NCBI GenBank assembly: GCA_051294905.1
Contig: CM119371.1
Location: forward strand, 11,410,001 to 11,474,000
Direction of reading: 5' to 3'
Origin: Botryllus schlosseri
Lineage: Eukaryota
DNA length: 64,000 nucleotides
The notes beneath the pieces are model-generated. The model did no database searches. It had not been told where the DNA came from and was given only the letters and a program-made list of their open reading frames with translations. Positions 38,680 through 53,780 of the stretch are shown one piece after another (the stretch's first letter is position 1; the number at the start of each line of letters is the position of its first letter). The position numbers and the translations under genes were made by a program.

Positions 38680-41600
38680 TAGGGTTCCGGTAAATATCAA
38701 TTTGCCTCTGATTCGAAGCGATAAAATCAATCCATAATAAAAACCATGATTTTTTTTGCTTTTTATTACTATTTTTACTTAGAACAACTGAAACAACAAC
38801 AGAACAACTGAAACAACAACAACAATGAGTTTGAGACGATTGAAAATCATCTAAATGAAGGTGCTGCGGCAAATCTCATCAACTGAATAATTCGAGGCTC
38901 TGAATCTTCATCTGCGTACTGGAAAATATTCAACCCAGCAGAGAAATGTTGGTGGCTAGGATTGTCCGATATCTGTTCTAGTATCAATCCGACATGTTGC
39001 GTCAAATCAGCAGCATCCGTAACGGTTGCATCTTCAGTAGCATCTTCATTATGAGCATAGCTGTTGATGACTGGAGTGGTCTCTGCCAGCAAGGCGTTGA
39101 TTTTTCTCATCGCCTTTTCCACTTTGCCAGTTCCAGAGTCAGTATCCATGAAGTGATCTTTCACTCGAAGCATAACTTCAAGATTTGTTTGTGTTAGGCG
39201 ATTGCGACTCTTGGTTGCAGTTGCTGCCGCAGATGACCAAAGCCTCTCACAAGACGCAGCATGTGGAACGCACAAAAGAACAGTCCTGGCGAGTTTTGAA
39301 AGTTCCGGAGAAACAACAGCTAAATCCTTCCAGAATAATGCCGGCCGTGCCGTTAAAAAACGGTACCCAGATAGTGGATTCTGCATCAAAAACTCCTAAA
39401 AAAAATCAGGGTAATATCAGAAACGTGCAGTGATAGGTGTGCAGTGTGCACTGGTAGACTCACCTTCTTTACAATCATAGTCGAACCAGTGTTTGATGAG
39501 GTTAGAAGCAGATTCATCATTGAAGCTTGGTTCTATTTTTGAAAATATTTTTTTGGCCAGATCCCGAACAAGCCTTTTGCCAGTCATGTTCAAGCCACAG
39601 CCTCTAACTCGGGGATCTAGAACCCAGGCCACTAGATGATGGTCCTCGACATAGTTTTCTGTTCTTCGTTGCATCTTTGATAAAATCAGACTCTTCTCAT
39701 CAGCATCCAGAGCGGTAGTCTTTTTTATCTCAAGCTTGAGCCACATCCAGCCTGATAGGATTAGCCCAGCGGAAGTATTGTCCAATTCTGAGATGGCTGC
39801 AAAAATGCAAGATTTACGATTCAAACACATCACCTGTTAACTCTTAGTTAAATGTTGGGGAGTAAAAAGAACTACAATCCTTGTTGTTTCCATTAAGAAT
39901 CAAGATGTTCAAATTGATCATGTATTGTGGTGTAGCGGTAATATCAGTTTATCATCAAGGAATGCAAATTATTTACAATATAATTTGAATGAAGTAGCAT
40001 AGTTATGATTGCCAGTGTCGAACAGTCGTCTCGTTACTTTTTTGCTCAGAGTGTTGTTCAACTGCCTCAATATGAAGTTTTTCAGCAACTAACCAGTAAT
40101 GACATAATATGGCTTGAGTAGACCATAGATCGCTTTAGTATCTTCCCAAAATTTCTTATCATTGATGATTGTTCGGACAGTACATGCACTCGCTGTATTC
40201 AAGTGCAGTTTCGACGTTTCTTGAACAAACACAACCTTGAAAATAAGATGACTTCATGCAAATGTCACAGAAATCTATGAATTACTTACTTGAATTGCTG
40301 TTTCAACATTTATGACATGCTTCAATGTTTCAGAGAAGGAATACCATCTTGTCTCGCTAGGTAACCACATGGGGATCTTTTCCCGGCCCATATATCGAGA
40401 GATTGAGCTACGGAGAGCAACTGATCGTCGGATGAAAGATGCAACAGTGATCACCATTTCAACTATATTCCACACACGACTGATGCCCATCAGGTCTTTA
40501 ACGAGAAGATTCGACTAGTGAGCCAGACATGCACCTGTCAAGGTTATGCACGATTCAGAATTCTGAAAAACAAATCTCATGGTTAGACTAACTCCAAAAA
40601 CAATGATTACTATTAAAACCAAATGATACAGACATACCTGCACAAGCAATCGTCTCGCTTTCACATAAGCGCTGGCGCTATCAGACACAAAGTTGAGCAA
40701 TAGTTTTCCATTGGATTTCATTCCAAGCAGTTCTTTTGCTTTTTGAGTGACATCTTGCACAATGTCTTCACTTCGTTTGGTTGGATCAGAGGGTTCAACC
40801 GCTAACAGTTTCTTTGAACCCAACTCATTAACAATGATCCAACTTGAAAAGCTGCAAAATAGAATTTGAGCATGTTTTATATTACCTAGATGAGATTTGC
40901 TATCAGACAGGCATGCATATTATGCAACATACTTTTGACTGGAACTACTTGTCCATGTGTCACTAACAATCGTCAGAGTATGAGCATTATTGACAAATTG
41001 TTCATTTGCAGTGGATACTTTTGAGTTGAGACCACATAGTATGGAGCCGGATGCCTGTTCTACGCTCGGCAAATTAAAATCTGGTCGCAACGAATGACAA
41101 AATCGCCTGAAATGCTCGTTGTTTAGCTGATTCCAAGGTATATTTCCTGTGTAACATAAAACATGATGTGGGATATTATCACTAAAAAATGAATGTCCAA
41201 ATGCATGAATACCTGAGATAAATGACAGAACAAGCGACTCGTAACTGGAATATTCTTGGTTCTTCGTCAAGGGTCTAGTCACATAGTTGGTTATAGTCTT
41301 CTGTCCAGAAAAATCTTGCTGCAGCGCATTACTAGAGCCTGGGCCTTCATCAGATTCTTGGAACTCTGACCTCAACATCTGACGCGTCTTCTTGCAAGTC
41401 TAAAGATATATTCAACGTAAATCTGATACAATATTCCACACTTGATTTATTAGACTCCATGACTGAGAATGTTCAAGCCGTCAAGGGAGCGTGTACTTTC
41501 TTATACACAGCATGACCATGACAAACCACGGTTGCCGATATTAATATTGATTCATCACTACGGTATAGTGCGATCATTTATCACCCATACCCGTTGCACC

Positions 41601-42494
41601 GAAGACTACCAAACCTTACCCTAGGGCCTAGCCCCAAACCTATGCTATCTACAATACCCCAGCCATAATTGCATGATGATACGTAACATCATAACCCTAT
41701 AATTATTGACGCCATAAGCTGAGACATGTTCATGGGGAACACTAGCTATTGATAATCTTGTAGTTGTGGATAAGGAAGTAGGCTCAAAAGATGTTGTCTA
41801 GGACTATGTGCTAAGTATCTTTCGGTTGACGCGTTGCAGATCAGATATTACCACATCAAGCATAAGCAAGGGTTTTTAGATATGCAAAGAGAAGTCGGTA
41901 GCAGTGCTGTGCCCATACCCTGTCAACGTATCACCATGCACATACAGTATTCAAGCGATTACATGAATTGGATTCACTCATAATACAGTAACATGGTATC
42001 TTACCTGCGTAAGAGTTTTCATTCTGCTTACTTGACCCATCATATCAGCAACGCAATAAATGCAAACAGCTCTTTTGCATCGCTACGGCATTAGAGATGC
42101 GGGAATCTCCCGATATATACTCCAGATTGAGTTTCGTTTTCGCCCTCCCACCATCGCCTTGTAAACAGCAGCACCACGGACACACCGAATCCACAGCAAT
42201 GCTCAAGAACTGGCTGATCACCGTCACCGACTCACCGCCTATTGCGAGCACTGTGTTCCCGCCTTGCCCTCGATTCGCTAAACCGTGACGGTACCGGTGA
42301 CGAAAACGATGTCCGGGTTGTGTCAATATACAATGGTTGTCCAAAAAATATATTCACGCGTCTTTTTAAAAATAAAAAATAAAAACCGAAAAATCATTTA
42401 TATCAAAACGGTAAAATTAAAATCAAAAATCAAAGGAAAAATCATGATTTAAATCACACTGATTTAAATCAACCTGATATTTACCAGAACCCTA
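38680..42494 (-). mobile_element. Full-length hAT transposon
   Basis: TIR tagggttccggtaaatatca / tgatatttaccagaacccta; perfect TSD gcttggaa. Confidence 0.93.
38847..42154 (-). pseudogene. Spliced hAT transposase (BED finger, DDE, dimerisation domain), ~8 exons, inactivated
   Basis: MVGGRKRNSIW..CIYC; SDTWT; SDSAS; CLAH; ETRWYS; ASCERLWS; RNRL. Two premature TAG codons and one frameshift in a T-run near 39355. Confidence 0.88.
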
Positions 42495-45400
42495 GCTTGG
42501 AAGAGCTTGACTGATAAGCTCTTGTGTAAATTTTAAGGCGATGATTCGGCGACTAGAAAGAATGAGTATCCAATGCTCTTCAGTGTGGTTCAAAAATGCT
42601 TTTCCATTCCTGCATCTATACTGCACCAGTGGAACGTATATTCAGTAGAGAAGGGTTTATTCTAATGTAGGGTTGCCAGACGTCAGGAATTTCCCGGACA
42701 TGTCCGCAATTTCACTGTTAAAACTGCGTCCCAGAGGAATTTCGAAAATATGCCGGAATGTCTGGAATTTTGAAGTAATCTCATACGTTTTTCCTAAATC
42801 AACATAAACAATATGAAATTTGGGTAGATTTATGCTACGTGAAATTTTTGTTCGCGCTACTCGCGATTTAGTATGTCGGCATTAATATGGGGACTACCAC
42901 CCTTGCAAAAACTGCGATCAAACATGAATATAAATAACATTCATTTACAGAAATAAGTCTAATTGTAATCGCAATTACAATTACAAGATAACGGTATATT
43001 CGTAGAGTCGGTTTACGCCGTTTCGATGCGTTATTCAAAGATAGAGGTTCTAAACCTGGGGGTAGGTTGCCTTTATTTTGGGGTTCGCGAAGATGTTGAA
43101 TGCAATCAAATCAGTTTCCAAATATGCCGTAGATAAGTCTGGGCAAATGTGCCGACTTTTAATTAGTAATCTGCCAATCAAATTTTGAGCTGGGCCACGG
43201 AACATTTTCATATTGGAAATGGAGTCGCGACCATAAACGGTTGGAAACCAGCAGGTGTGCGGTGTTTATATAGCTCAGTGATGCATTGAGCACAGGCATT
43301 AGGCTGATAAATAATCCTATCGATGTGACATGAGCATGACTTTACTATGTACAATTACTATGTACAATTTGAAGAAGTATTCGGAAAATTTGAAAAAATG
43401 ATTTTGAGCAGCCCCGTTGTACAATTATTTCTCCAATGCTGTAAATGCGATGTAGTCTGTAATGCAATTGGGAAAACCTTTAGTAATATCAAAAGGTATC
43501 TATTTTTTGTTACTGCACATAGCTGCATGCACGGATTTACAGCATGCTGACCTGGTGAAAATACCTCTCCAGACATAAACATGCATTTGTTGATTCTCTA
43601 TTAGCTCTGACACGAATTCGTTGGTTCTTTATCAGATAGCACGTAGACGTGAATTCTTTGGTTCTCTATAAGCTATTTGTGAGCTGTCGTCGATGTGCTC
43701 GAAATAAAAACTGAATGCTTGTATTTGTGATGTCTGTCGGACTGACAAGACAGATATTCGATTTTAAGTTCTAAGATTAGTAGAGTTATCATATTGGCTA
43801 TTTGTCTATTTGTAGCATCGGAATTCGATATCACCCGAGCAGGATTGAAAACATGAGTTGAACATGACTTCAATACTGTGACTTGGACTCGGACTCGAGT
43901 CATAACACTATGACTCGGACTTGACCCTTTAAACGGTGACTTGGACTCGGACTCGACTCGGTGATGAGCTGAAAATGACTCGACTTGACTCGAGTCAAAA
44001 CCACAAAAGTAAGATTGACTCGTGACTCGGAACAATGTGACTTGGTTACAACCCTGTCTGTATCCCTTCGCGGGACGCATTATAGTATGATTGGAATTAT
44101 AAGCCACGACGCAAGCTGTTATTTGATTATATAGTAAGTAACCAGCATACAGTAACCGAAGACATGAGCACAATACACAAAAAATAAACATTGATTTACG
44201 AGCGCACAATGCGTCAGAAACATGAACAAGATTTTATAAGCTGGCGATCCTTAATAAATTCGTCTAAATTAGGGACGAAAGCAGGTTGTGATTTTTAAGA
44301 AAGGATGGAAATTTGAATATGGGATAAGCGATCAGCTCGCATTGATGTATGCTGTTTCTGCTATTGGTCAACTTCAGAACGCACAAGGTTGACACTGTCT
44401 TAACCAGCACATCACCTTTAAATACGTTTCAGTTAAAGGCTTACCGTGGTAAACTTCGCGTACTTTTGTAAGGACGACATATATATACGACATAATTTAC
44501 TGTTGCCTCAAACATTTGATTAATTCCGTTGATTCATTTTGCATCTTATAATTGGATAAAGTGTGACTGTAATTTGGATGGTCGGAATCAAATGGTGTTT
44601 CAAAATTACTGCAAAAAAATTTTCGCTTTTTGTATTGATTTGTACATCTCATTATGAATGAGTTGAGACCGAAGTGAATGATTTGCACCCAACTGCGCAT
44701 AAAGGACAAATCTACAACGCACTCATGAACCGTGTTTTCCAGCACTGAAACTATGAGTTCTGCACTAAAATCAAGATTGTGATCAGAAATAAGTCATTTC
44801 TGTTTTGACTTCCTTGGATGCTCAGAAACCGAAACGTTTCGAAATACTTTGGCCTCCAGGACGGGCTATTATGCCTACAATACAATATTTATCAATATTT
44901 TTATTACGTTACTCGATGCCTTACCAGACCGCATGAAATGTTGTCACGGACCGCATGCGGCATGGGGGCTGCAGTTTGTCTTTGATTTCAAAAACTACTC
45001 TAAGTCGTTTCCACGCCTTCCTATTCCTTCATAATATCGCAGTGTAATCATGTTTTTAAATGACAAAATTATTATTAAACTGATACTGATACTAAGTCAA
45101 CGAGTCCCGTACAGAATATTCTCCTTGAGAACCGACCCGGAGGTTTGGACGTCGGCTTGTGCAAAAGTGTAAGTCGAATCGGTCGCAGTTGCATTTGCAC
45201 TGTTAGCGTCGCATTCCGTTTCAGAACATGTCCCGTCGTTTTCGTTCAATCTTGTGACATCCGACGATCGCTTTCCTGATCCATCCATTTCGTATACTTC
45301 ATTTTCTTTCAATTGTGAGATAGCGTGCTGGTTTCTGTCTTTATTGCGTCCATTCCTTAGTGAAGAATGAAGTAGACATTTTCGAGATTTTTTCCTCTTG

Positions 45401-47585
45401 TACTGCTTATTCAACTGGTTATGTTTTATACTAGTTCCACTTCTATACTTGACAATTTTTAGGAACACCTTTTTACAATTTAAACAGTACAGCGGCGATT
45501 GAACGTGATTTTCGTTTGTCACACAGGTATCATGGTAGCAGAATATATTTTCGACAAGTCATTTATTAGTGTAGTCGTCATTTGGGTTTTTTTGCGGATA
45601 ATAAAGCCCGTTTATGACTCGCAACTGAATGTATGCGACACCTCGACCAAACTTACTTTTCAAAAGTACTCACTTGAGTTATATTCGGACCCTCAGTCCT
45701 CTACTTCTACTTAGTATATTTGGGAATGTATTGGAAATTGCTTCATCCATCCTTATTGAGTGGAATTTTACGTCAATGCTTATTCTCACACTTCTGCAAG
45801 AGTATGGACCACCTTTGCATCACTGGTGATATACTTCGTTGGTTTGTTTACTAGTCACTTATACGTCACAACGACAAACACTTTCAACGTTTTTAGTTTG
45901 ATCAACCGCATTTACTCACATTCGCTCCCCGACCGGGTCAGTCGAAATCCAATATGATCTTATTCTTTGTTTCATAATTCCGAATGATATGCATGAGTAA
46001 GTAATTTTCATAAATAATGAGCGTTCATTGATTTTGAAGATGACGTAGTTCACGTCGCAAGGGTTCGCAAAACCTTTTTGGCAGCTGCTGCCGACACTTA
46101 CCTAATACACATTATTATGGAGACTGCTACGAAAATGATCAGCAGCAGGCTTGTTGTAGATGCAATGATAATAATGATATTTCTGAGGTCTTGCGGTATC
46201 GCGTCTGCAATATATCAATACACATAGCATAGGTTCTAAATTTACAAGACGATCCCCCTTACAGGAAGCTGATTCACGGTGTGTACGATAGAGACATCAC
46301 AATAGACTCGATATCGCCAAATAATTATATATTCAAATGCGCAAAGATCCACGGAAAAAATTTATTCTCCGGTCAGATTGAATCCATTCAACCTAGATAT
46401 TTCGAACCTGAATCTTCGATCATTTCTTTAAGTTCGATCGCATTCCCTCAACTCGGTATTACAATTGACTTTCTGGGATTTCTAGACTACCGATCGGCGA
46501 CCGTCTGCGGGCTATGTGCTGGACCGCAACTGCCGTACCCCAAACCCTCAATTAGAGGGAGCCGAGCTATTTTTTTCGGAAATTAATGCAATTAAAGAAA
46601 AATCGATTCTTGGGTACCCTTCCCTCAACAGAAAATACACATGATTTATAGAAACGGGCACTTCGGCGCCGGCCATTGTCGCGCCATCACGCACCAAGAC
46701 AAATGAAATTATAGGCCAGTTAACATGCGACTCCGAGAATTGTGCGAGGACGATCAGCAGCGAGAAGACCTTAACCAAAAAGGACTGCCGTTGTGCTGAC
46801 CGAAAACTTCGATATACATGTGTTAAATTGCCCATAGTCGCCTAAATGTTTGGCGCCGAATGTTACTCTCCTGGTGATCTGAGCCCCACAAGACAAATGC
46901 CATCCCGCAGGGAACATTATTTACCAATAAAGAAATACCAATTTGAAATCGTGTACGTCCTTTAGTTTAGTACATTTGGGCGATTCCAAAATATTTTGAA
47001 ATAGCAGATAGGAGGTCAAGAAATAGCATCATGTAACGATGTTATATTACTAACGGGTACGCCCGAAGATGTTTAATTATTATTCAGGGCTTCTATACGT
47101 ACTTTTCCAACATATCTCACTCAGCTCTACCGGTAAATCTGATTACGTGAATAGAGGGTGGATAGAAATCGATAGCAATATATATCCAATCCTCGATCAT
47201 ATTGGCCGATTCAATCATGAATAATAGAAATGTTTCTGGCTTCGCGAGTTCATGCGTCACAAACTGACTCACTAAACGGAAACAAAATGATAAATGTAGC
47301 GGCAGAAACCGCATACCCTGAGGGGGAAAATCATGAGGGTAGGAGTACGAGTTGGATTTCGAGTCTTAACGATTGAAGTTTTGGGAGTCGGAGTAAAAGT
47401 TTAAGTAGGAATAATGATAATGTCTGGAGTCTGAGTTAAAGTTGTAGCAGATGGTTGAGCACGGGACTTTTCTTATTGTATTGGTATCTATCATTGAAAT
47501 ACGTCATAATAATACATTACATCAAGTACCTGCTTCCAAAAGTATGATAACTAATTCCTCAAAATAGCATCACTCCATTACCAAC

Positions 47586-47729
47586 CTGGTAACCGTGTCG
47601 TATCCAAGCCGTTTGTGGCATGATTTGCTGTGGTAACGCTTGTTCTTGTTGAGTCTACGTGCATGCTACTATTGTAATACACGGACGGAATTGATTTCTC
47701 TCCCACTGAAGTAGAAGACACTAAAATAT
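47586..47729 (-). CDS. Candidate S/T-rich exon (ILVSSTSVGEKS..TTRLP)
   Basis: tactag| ... CAG|gttggt; 144 nt; open in phase 1-1; gene assignment unknown. Confidence 0.35.
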
Positions 47730-48689
47730 CTAGTATAAGAACCAGGTATATCAGTTACGTCCATTCAGTTTTGATTTGTCATGAAATCTGTCGAAACTCG
47801 TCTTCTTGGGAGGGAAAGCATTCATGTTCGAATTTGAATGAACTTTCGCATGACTTCAATTTATGATCACATTCTGAGCCATTCTTTTAGCTAGTTTCGT
47901 TAAGCGTTTTCTAATAACCTTCTAATCAAATTCATATCCATATCCATATGTCATAGTTTGAAGAAATGGTTAGAACCTCATCACGAAGTCAGAAAGAAAC
48001 TATTCCAAAGCTATTGAGCTGTCGGACCGCTAAATGTTCAACAAGGATCCGCAACAATAACCTATAGATATATAATATCACTAATAGCGAAGGCTAACTG
48101 CGACAAATGACGGTTCTAACACACAATCCGTAACAGGAATAATATTGCAACTTCCAGAGATAATGACTTTGCGCTTGCAGACATTCCGTTGACATATCAA
48201 AATAATGATTTGCCGTACACTTATAAAGAAATTGATTTCTTGAAACGGTACGGTCTCATTTAGAAGGTATCGTGTTTTAAGATAAAATTGCTCGAAACGT
48301 GGTTTAAGTAATGCTTCATAAACAAAAGCCTTCAAAAATAACATTGAATGTTTTTTCATGCAAAACCTTGTGATTATGTCCTACTTATTTTCGAAAGACT
48401 TTTACCATGTTCGTGACGTCGACTTACACTAGAAACAGTGGCAGAATGTAACATGAAAGCCAAAAGTCGTCGGTATACCAGCGCTTCGGCCACGGGGGTT
48501 GAATTACTAAACGAAAAGTAATTGGGTCATCATTTTCGTCAGTGATGTGACGTCAGGGAATTATTTCGAACCTGTAGCTACATAATTACAGATGACCGAG
48601 CGCTGGTTACGTTTTTCCTTGTTGTTGGGACAAGAGGGAAATGTCGTTGATTTGATCACAGGGTCGCGTACTTATAGCGCGGTCAATAA

Positions 48690-49987
48690 CACTGGTCAAC
48701 AAAATGAAAAAAATCTAGCAGAACATCTGAGAGCCGTTTCTGGGGTTTTCGAGGTTGCTAATTACGAATTACTGTATTTACCCTTGAACATTTCACTTGG
48801 TATGAAGAAAATCATTGTTTTCTTTAATTTTATACTGTGCATATATCGATAATTGACTATGAAAACCCTCATGTCGTTCTCAGTTATTCTATCAATTTAA
48901 CATCACCTGATGCGAAGTATTTGTTTGTCAAAAAAGCAGTTTCTCAAGTCTAACAATTGTACTTTTGCACAACGGAAATACACATTATCCTGTATCAATT
49001 GGTCATCCTACATTGTTCTTGAAAAGCTTAACTAAAATACTCGAATGCATCGCATCACTTTTGACTTGTAAACGAATAATTTCCCGCTGAGTCAAAAAAG
49101 CCGATATAGTATCCCTATCAAACGAGAAGCTTAAATCTGGCATCTTTGATTGATTTCAGATTCGAATACATATTAGGAAGGAGTTCACTGCATGGAATTT
49201 ATCCGCAGATGTAGCAAATAAGACTTTTTCGATGATCACAATGCACCCAACTACAAACAGTTGGTCCGAAAATTCGTATCTGCATATGGAAAACTTGAAC
49301 AAACACGAGCGTAGAAGTTCACTTCCTGTCTAGTGATCTTAATATATTGCCTGAGCATCTTGTCGATTAGCAAGGGGTGAGGTTCCAACAAGACATCAAA
49401 ACAACAAAAGAAAGATATTAGGGCTGATGAGATGAACATATTATGGCAGACCATTGCTGGAACCTTTCGAGAAATTGCACTAAATTGCGTACAGGTGAAA
49501 ATCGTACAAAAAAACAATTGTGCTTCAAAATAAATTAATAATAATATATTCCAACTGATTATTTCACATTTACAATAGGTGGATGACGTAAAGCTGATTG
49601 AATTAATGCCACGTTATTTGAGTATAGGTAAATACTTATATACATGACTGCAGTTTATTTATGTACTTGATATCCGTGAAAGTCTATAACTATAATAAAT
49701 CTAATACCCCTAAATATAGTGCTGCTGCTGTACTTTTATTTAAAAGAGTCCTCCATGTGTAAAAATAAAAGGTAGATTGAATTTCCAAACTTTATAGTAC
49801 GTCTGTTCCAATTTTCTGTCTAGCCATTACAGCGGAAATAGGAGATTTTGGTCAAAATGGCCCAATTCGTTATCTCCAGATAAAGAACCAATTGGAAAAA
49901 AACTAAGGTCATATTCGGAATCGGTGCTCTTCCGAACCCCAAAAACCACTCTTACTCTGTTTGCCTAAAAATATGTGTTGACCAGTG
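48690..49987 (+). mobile_element. Decayed Tc1/mariner-like DNA transposon
   Basis: TIR cactggtcaaca with TA flanks; degenerate (G)xRFQQDIKT..RYxG..MADHCW remnant at ~49360-49470. Confidence 0.65.
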
Positions 49988-51420
49988 TAATCGATGGCGA
50001 CTTTCTAAATTGCAAGATGCATCTTTGCAACTAACGCATAGCGGGCGATAACACTAGAAATAGATGTAATTCTCGAAACTATAGTTTCGGTTAACGTGAT
50101 ATACGGCTTGTATCGCCCAGTTGCTATAGCCATGACACTCATGTATGTGATGCAAAGCTATCATAAAATGACTTTCTAGTCTACAAAATAACAAATGGAA
50201 ATGGAAGTATGTGCCTAGAAAAGAAGTCTGAAAATATAGCAAAAACAACCAGTAAAATACCGGTGATAGTGCACGCAATGGCTCCCAATTACTGATTCGC
50301 GAAGCTATTTCAGGTGGTTTTCGAAAAATTTATAAATGTTGCAGCTTTCTATTCAATTTGTCAAAGACATAATCCTCTAAATTAAATTTTTATTGCTCCC
50401 GTATGCTCCCAAAGCCGCGTTACCGTGTTCACAATAATTTATGAGCCCGCTTTTCGTGACAGTGACGTTGATTAGAGCACGAAGTTGGAAAGTGTGTTGT
50501 TGTGTATGCCTGATAATTTGAATTCATCCTTTCCTCCAGAAGGATTTTCGAATATAAGTGCAGCAATCCAGCCCGGTTTATAGATATAATCAGTTAACTA
50601 ATGACGCGAAGTTAATGAAAACCATTTGTGTACCACGCAAAAGACGAATTAGTTATTAAATACGGACTTTCTCGTTATAATCTGTTACGTGTTAATTCTT
50701 CTCTGCTCGTATTCCCGAATCTTCGCACAATTTCACTTGTCTGCGTCTAGTTTCACTTGTTAATAACAGGATGCATCATAGTGTCCTGTATGGTGTAGAC
50801 ACAAGCAAATTCACGGCTCTGTGAAATTGGTCTACGTCACACTTTCCATTTGAGCAAAGGCAATTTGACGGTAAATTTTGACCGGCTTTCTGAGCATTAA
50901 ATTTAATAAAACTGGTATTGGTCGAAAGCTAACGCGGTACTGATTGCGAATATATAAATTTTATTCTGCGCGTGGTCCTGGAGCCTCCCAAAATCTCCCT
51001 CGAATAATGCATTGAAACGCAGTTTGGAATTGTGACGCTACCATTCCCTCTGGGAGCAGGTGAAGAACAGCGCAAACCGCAAGCGCATTGGCCCTTGTTG
51101 CGCAACCGATGGAGCATTCACACTCTGACTATCGTGAGCACTTGCTCTTGAGCTGCTTAGGCGGCCTTAGTTTACATCACAATACCAAATTATGTTATAA
51201 TGCAACATTTGAGGCTGATTTTGGGGGGTTCAAGAACCACGAGCAGCATAAAATTTATATATTCACAATCAGTACCGCGTTAGCTTCCGATTGATAACAG
51301 TTTTGTCAAATTTAATGGTCGGCAAGCAGGTCAAAATTGACCGTCAAATTGCCTTTGACTAAATTGAAAGTGTGACTTAGACCAATTTCACTGCTCTGTG
51401 AGATTTGCTTGTGTCCACAC

Positions 51421-53780
51421 CAGACATGGGGTATTCGCGATTACTAATCGTAATCGATTACGACGATTACAGCATTTTCAAGTAATCGTAATCGCAATCG
51501 ATTACATTCGAAAAAATTCCGAAGTAATCGTAATCGTAATCGACTACTTCCCATATCTAATCGATTTCTTTGTGAAAGAACGATTACTTTTTATTTGTAC
51601 AACGACTATGACATAAACTGAGCATTCGTGAACAATGAAGATATAATATACCAGGCTCGTGATATCACAAACGTCTGATTTTCAAATGCCATTGCTCATT
51701 ATTACGTCAGAAGTAGCCTATTAGCTTTGCTAGTCATTGCGTAAGAAGTATCCACAGCAAATAGATATATTCGATGTACGTACATTAGTCTGATTGTAAG
51801 AACACCCGCCGTGCTATATATCAGATTATCAAAACGTTCCACACGCCAGTACCTCTCAGCAGTTAATTAATCACCACTCTGCCTAGTTTAAAATAGTAAC
51901 TTGTGTATTGATGCTTGGTTATGCTTATAGTTAAACGCAGTTTGACCGATGCTGCTTGGCGAGCAGTAGGCCTATGTAGTACGTACGTACACCGGACAAA
52001 GATTTGAAATTTTGTACTCGTCAAATAAAACATTACGGTTTCCACAACGAAGCATTGAAAATCAACAGCTGCATCATAACCGAGCCGTTTTCGCCGTTTC
52101 TCGTAACGGCAGCTTGCAGTACATTATCTGTATTAAGTTGAAGGCAAAATTTCGTGTTCTCTGCATCTTATTCTCATATGACTCTACTTGAAACGGGCGC
52201 CAATCCTCATTTCACAATTCTTTACTCAACATTGGGACCTGCCGTCACAGCCATGGGCTTATATATCATGTTAGCGTGAGTTGTAGCTAGAATCAGGACC
52301 AAAACAGCAACTCGTTCCCCAGTCCAAACGTTAGTCTTTGGCCCTCATAGGGTGATATTTTCAAGTAGAAGACTGAATTTCTTCAATAATATTGGTAATC
52401 GCATTTTATTATTTTTAATTTTTAATCCTTTCTCTGCTCCAAAATTCAGATTTACCTGTAGAGCTGGGGGCACGTAATTCACAATTATAACGTCTGGTAT
52501 CCTGTTTTACTTTAGTGTATGTTGTTAATTCGTGACCTCCGGTCTGTTATAAAATCAAAAGATATTGTTGTATCCCAAACGTAGCAGACTGAAAGAAAAA
52601 CTTTCGTGAGACGCAGACACAAATTGTCACGTCTTTAATGCTCTGTGGGTGCCCGGGTGGCATTTTCATTGTGGGCTCAGATTGGAAGAACTGTGGACTA
52701 TTAGTCACACCCACCCATAGCGGCTATTGGCAATGGACACATACCCTAAGTTTCGGTCAAGGTCTTTCTTTAGTAGCACACTTCGTGAAGTCGCGTGTTG
52801 GTCGAAACTGCATTTTGGCGTGTCGTGGCACGGTATTGACTGGAACCTAAATTCCTATTACTATAAACTAGGGTTGCATTTAAAACAAAAATCAATTTAA
52901 AGCAAACATGTTTGAATCATGTTTTTTTTAAGCCATGACGTCACGAATGTGTATTGACATTGACAATAAAAAATATAGGGTAAATATAGCTCCTTTGACG
53001 AAATATCTGTCGTATAACTGTTGAACCGACTATTTTGAGGGTTCCAACCATCCCATATCGATGTACGTCGGCTAAATCGGATGGTTACTGTCCGTATAGG
53101 CTCATTCAACATGTTTCTCGAAAAGTATTTACAGAAATATGGCATAATTTTACAACCTAAAAAAACACATTTAAGTCTTTGTTCGAAACATATTTTAAAG
53201 AAAGTGTTTTAAACAACCATTTTTAAAAAATGCAGCCCTACTATAAATAATGTAGGCTATGTTTTTTTGTTGAGGGGAAGACGTATGCATTTCCAAATCA
53301 AGCTTATCTAGAGAGAATTTTCAAGTCAATTTATTCTCTCGAAAATACTCAATAATTTATGTTGTTCTACAAAATACTTTGAGTCATCTTCAATCTCGCT
53401 CCTCACCCTATTAGGAAATTTGGGGAGCGGCAGTCATGGACCTGGCAAGAATGCAAATCGGTGGGTGCGATAAATCGTCCTCTATAAAAATGGGCAATAG
53501 GCAGGCTCCATTATGACGCAACGAGCAAATGACGCATCTTTTTTAAAGGAAGTTTGTAATCTCATTAGGCCTTTTCAGCGCAATCCATATATTGTCTTCC
53601 AATATAACTTCTAAGATGCAAAATAATGTAATCGTGAGTAATCGTGATTACTTTTCCAATGTAATCGTAATCGTAATCGGCTACTTCCTGATTTTGCTGT
53701 AATCGTAATCGTAATCGCGTCATTCGGAAGTAATCGTAATCGCAATCGATTACATTCATGAAGTAACCACCCCATGTCTG
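51421..53780. mobile_element. hAT-type non-autonomous element with (GTAATC)n subterminal arrays
   Basis: TIR cagacatgggg; perfect TSD gtccacac. Confidence 0.9.
52869..53240. mobile_element. hAT-type MITE
   Basis: TIR tagggttgcattt / aaatgcagcccta; TSD ctataaac/ctataaat. Confidence 0.85.

Larger units (their letters stand above)
38180..44056. mobile_element. hAT-type element (GACTC repeats) hosting a transposase-coding hAT
   Basis: TIR cagggttgtaa; perfect TSD tctgtatc. Confidence 0.9.

Noticed and set aside
43673..44209. 178-aa ORF
   Set aside because: Runs across the GACTC-repeat end of a transposon; spurious.
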